DNA of 64,000 nt from Vezdaea acicularis (Eukaryota). The notes under the pieces are model-generated. The model was not told where the DNA came from. It was given only the letters and a program-made list of their open reading frames with translations, and searched no databases. Positions 62,464-64,000 of the stretch are shown here, piece by piece. A program made the translations under genes and the position numbers. Where the stretch lies: the NCBI GenBank assembly GCA_026025075.1, contig JAPEUI010000001.1:186001-250000 (forward strand), given 5' to 3'. Every line of letters begins with the position of its first letter. The first letter of the stretch is position 1.

Positions 62464-63272
62464 AGGAAACAGGAGGATACAAGTCGTGTTGATAGGGGTA
62501 TGTATGACAGAATGATTGGAAATGGTCATGGTACGGGGGGTCTTATATCGGCAGGTCCAGATGGTTTTTCCTTCTCTCTTTTCGTATGATAGTGACGTCT
62601 GCTTCTTGATATGACTTCCTCGGAGGTTCGAGTCAGGGGCGTTAAGGCGTATCCTGAGATACCTTAGTTCAGTCCGCCTTGGGAGGATGAGATAGCTAGT
62701 GTACCCATATTTAAAATTGATGTACCTACACAATAATTTGCGGACTGCTTGTCCATTATGCTCGAGAACTTCCAATAGAAATCGTGATACTATGCTTTAA
62801 CTGAAGCCGGGAAAATAACTCAACACCCTTGATTACCACCCTACTCGTGCTCCCTTCACGGGCGTGATCGAGAACAGCATGCAATGTCACTCAGATCAGG
62901 ATTAAATCCCTACATAAAATTCATGTGCAAGGCAATTTTAGAGTTTTTGTATTCTTACTGTTGTGCGGCCCAATTTGATCTGCAGTTGTGATTTAACAAA
63001 GGACGATGTAGAAGTTCGCGAAATGCCCCACCACGTTTTAACCACAGCTGCCTATGCTAAGACTTACTACGAAAAGACCACGGCATCTCCCTCCTTCTGC
63101 ATAATCCAAGATCTCATAAATTTAGCCTCACCTGATATACCCTTTAGCGTTTCAAGTGCCTGCGACTCACAACTTTAGGCCTTGTTCAGCGCCACTTCTA
63201 TCAGCAAACAGACCGCGGGGGGAATTTTCTTTCAAGGCAGGAGAGCGCTGAACAGCGCCACACATTCGCAAC

Positions 63273-64000
63273 ATGTCTCTCACAAATTGCCGGTACTATG
63301 AGGAGAAGTACCCTGAGATTGACAGCTTTGTTATGGTTAATGTCAAACAAGTCCGTGCTTTCCCTGCGAAGAGTCAATATATCGTGGGCACATGCTCACG
63401 AGATAATTTATTAGATTGCCGAAATGGGCGCTTACGTCAAGCTCCTGGAATATGACAACATCGATGGCATGATATTACTATCGGAGCTGTCACGGAGGCG
63501 TATTCGAAGTATACAAAAACTCATTAGGGTTGGAAGGAATGAGGTTGTGGTCGTGCTGAGGGTGGACAAGGAGAAAGGTGGGTGCTTTTTAGCTCGTTTT
63601 GGAGCCAGGACTGATACGGAATGTGGCTGCAGGCTACATTGATTTATCGAAACGTAGGGTATCGCCAGAAGATATTGTCAAATGCGAGGAGCGGTACAAC
63701 AAGAGCAAAACTGTGCACTCAATCCTAAGACATGTCGCTGAGAAGGTCGAAACTCCTATTGAGGGATTATACGAATCTATCGGTTGGCCTTTGAATAAGA
63801 AGTATGGACATGCGGTCGACGCTTTCAAGCTCTCAATAACGTATGTGAACGATCCCAGGTCCTCAATCGCTTGAAGCTCATCCATTTCTTAGAAATCCAG
63901 ATGTATGGAAAGACATTACATTCCCTAGCGACGTCATCAAGAACGAGCTCATCTCTCACATTGGCAAGCGCCTCACACCCCAACCAACCAAAGTGCGGTC
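63273..64000 (+). CDS. SUI2: Translation initiation factor eIF2 alpha (3' end outside window)
   Basis: [23 protein letters not shown], phosphosite context [13 protein letters not shown] and [10 protein letters not shown]. Three introns lie in the window. Confidence 0.98.

Noticed and set aside
62600..62650. GGTTCGAGTC resembling a tRNA T-loop/B-box
   Set aside because: No T-stem pairing or cloverleaf; lies in a 3' UTR.

Overview
Gene-dense, intron-containing DNA from a filamentous ascomycete (Pezizomycotina). Evidence: short GT..CTRAY..YAG introns and fungal housekeeping genes. No CRISPR array, rRNA, convincing tRNA or transposon was found. The left ~9 kb looks accessory. It holds a patatin-NB-ARC-TPR NLR-type immune receptor (minus strand, running off the window edge; its 3' half is missed by the ORF track), an atypical SDR, a GT25 glycosyltransferase and two intergenic tandem duplications. 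Next come an MMS1/DDB1-like propeller gene, SEC3 and ERG5. A second accessory patch (25-33 kb) contains a Rossmann oxidoreductase, two convergent secreted-protein genes, an Egt2-like PLP lyase and an orphan single-TM gene. The right half is a housekeeping block: SMY2-like GYF protein, SEC7, LAT1, SPF1, macrodomain, IMP2, GLN4, a mitochondrial carrier, a Gtt3-like gene and SUI2 (truncated). The best leads are (1) the PLP-1-like NLR, whose patatin catalytic motifs are degenerate and whose distal TPRs show a two-repeat duplication; (2) the 16-Cys secreted precursor with polybasic processing sites; (3) a probable GG-donor or exonised intron and a GC-AG intron; and (4) a recurring C-rich to G-rich strand switch at gene 3' ends. 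All calls come from manual splicing and motif recognition; no database searches were run.
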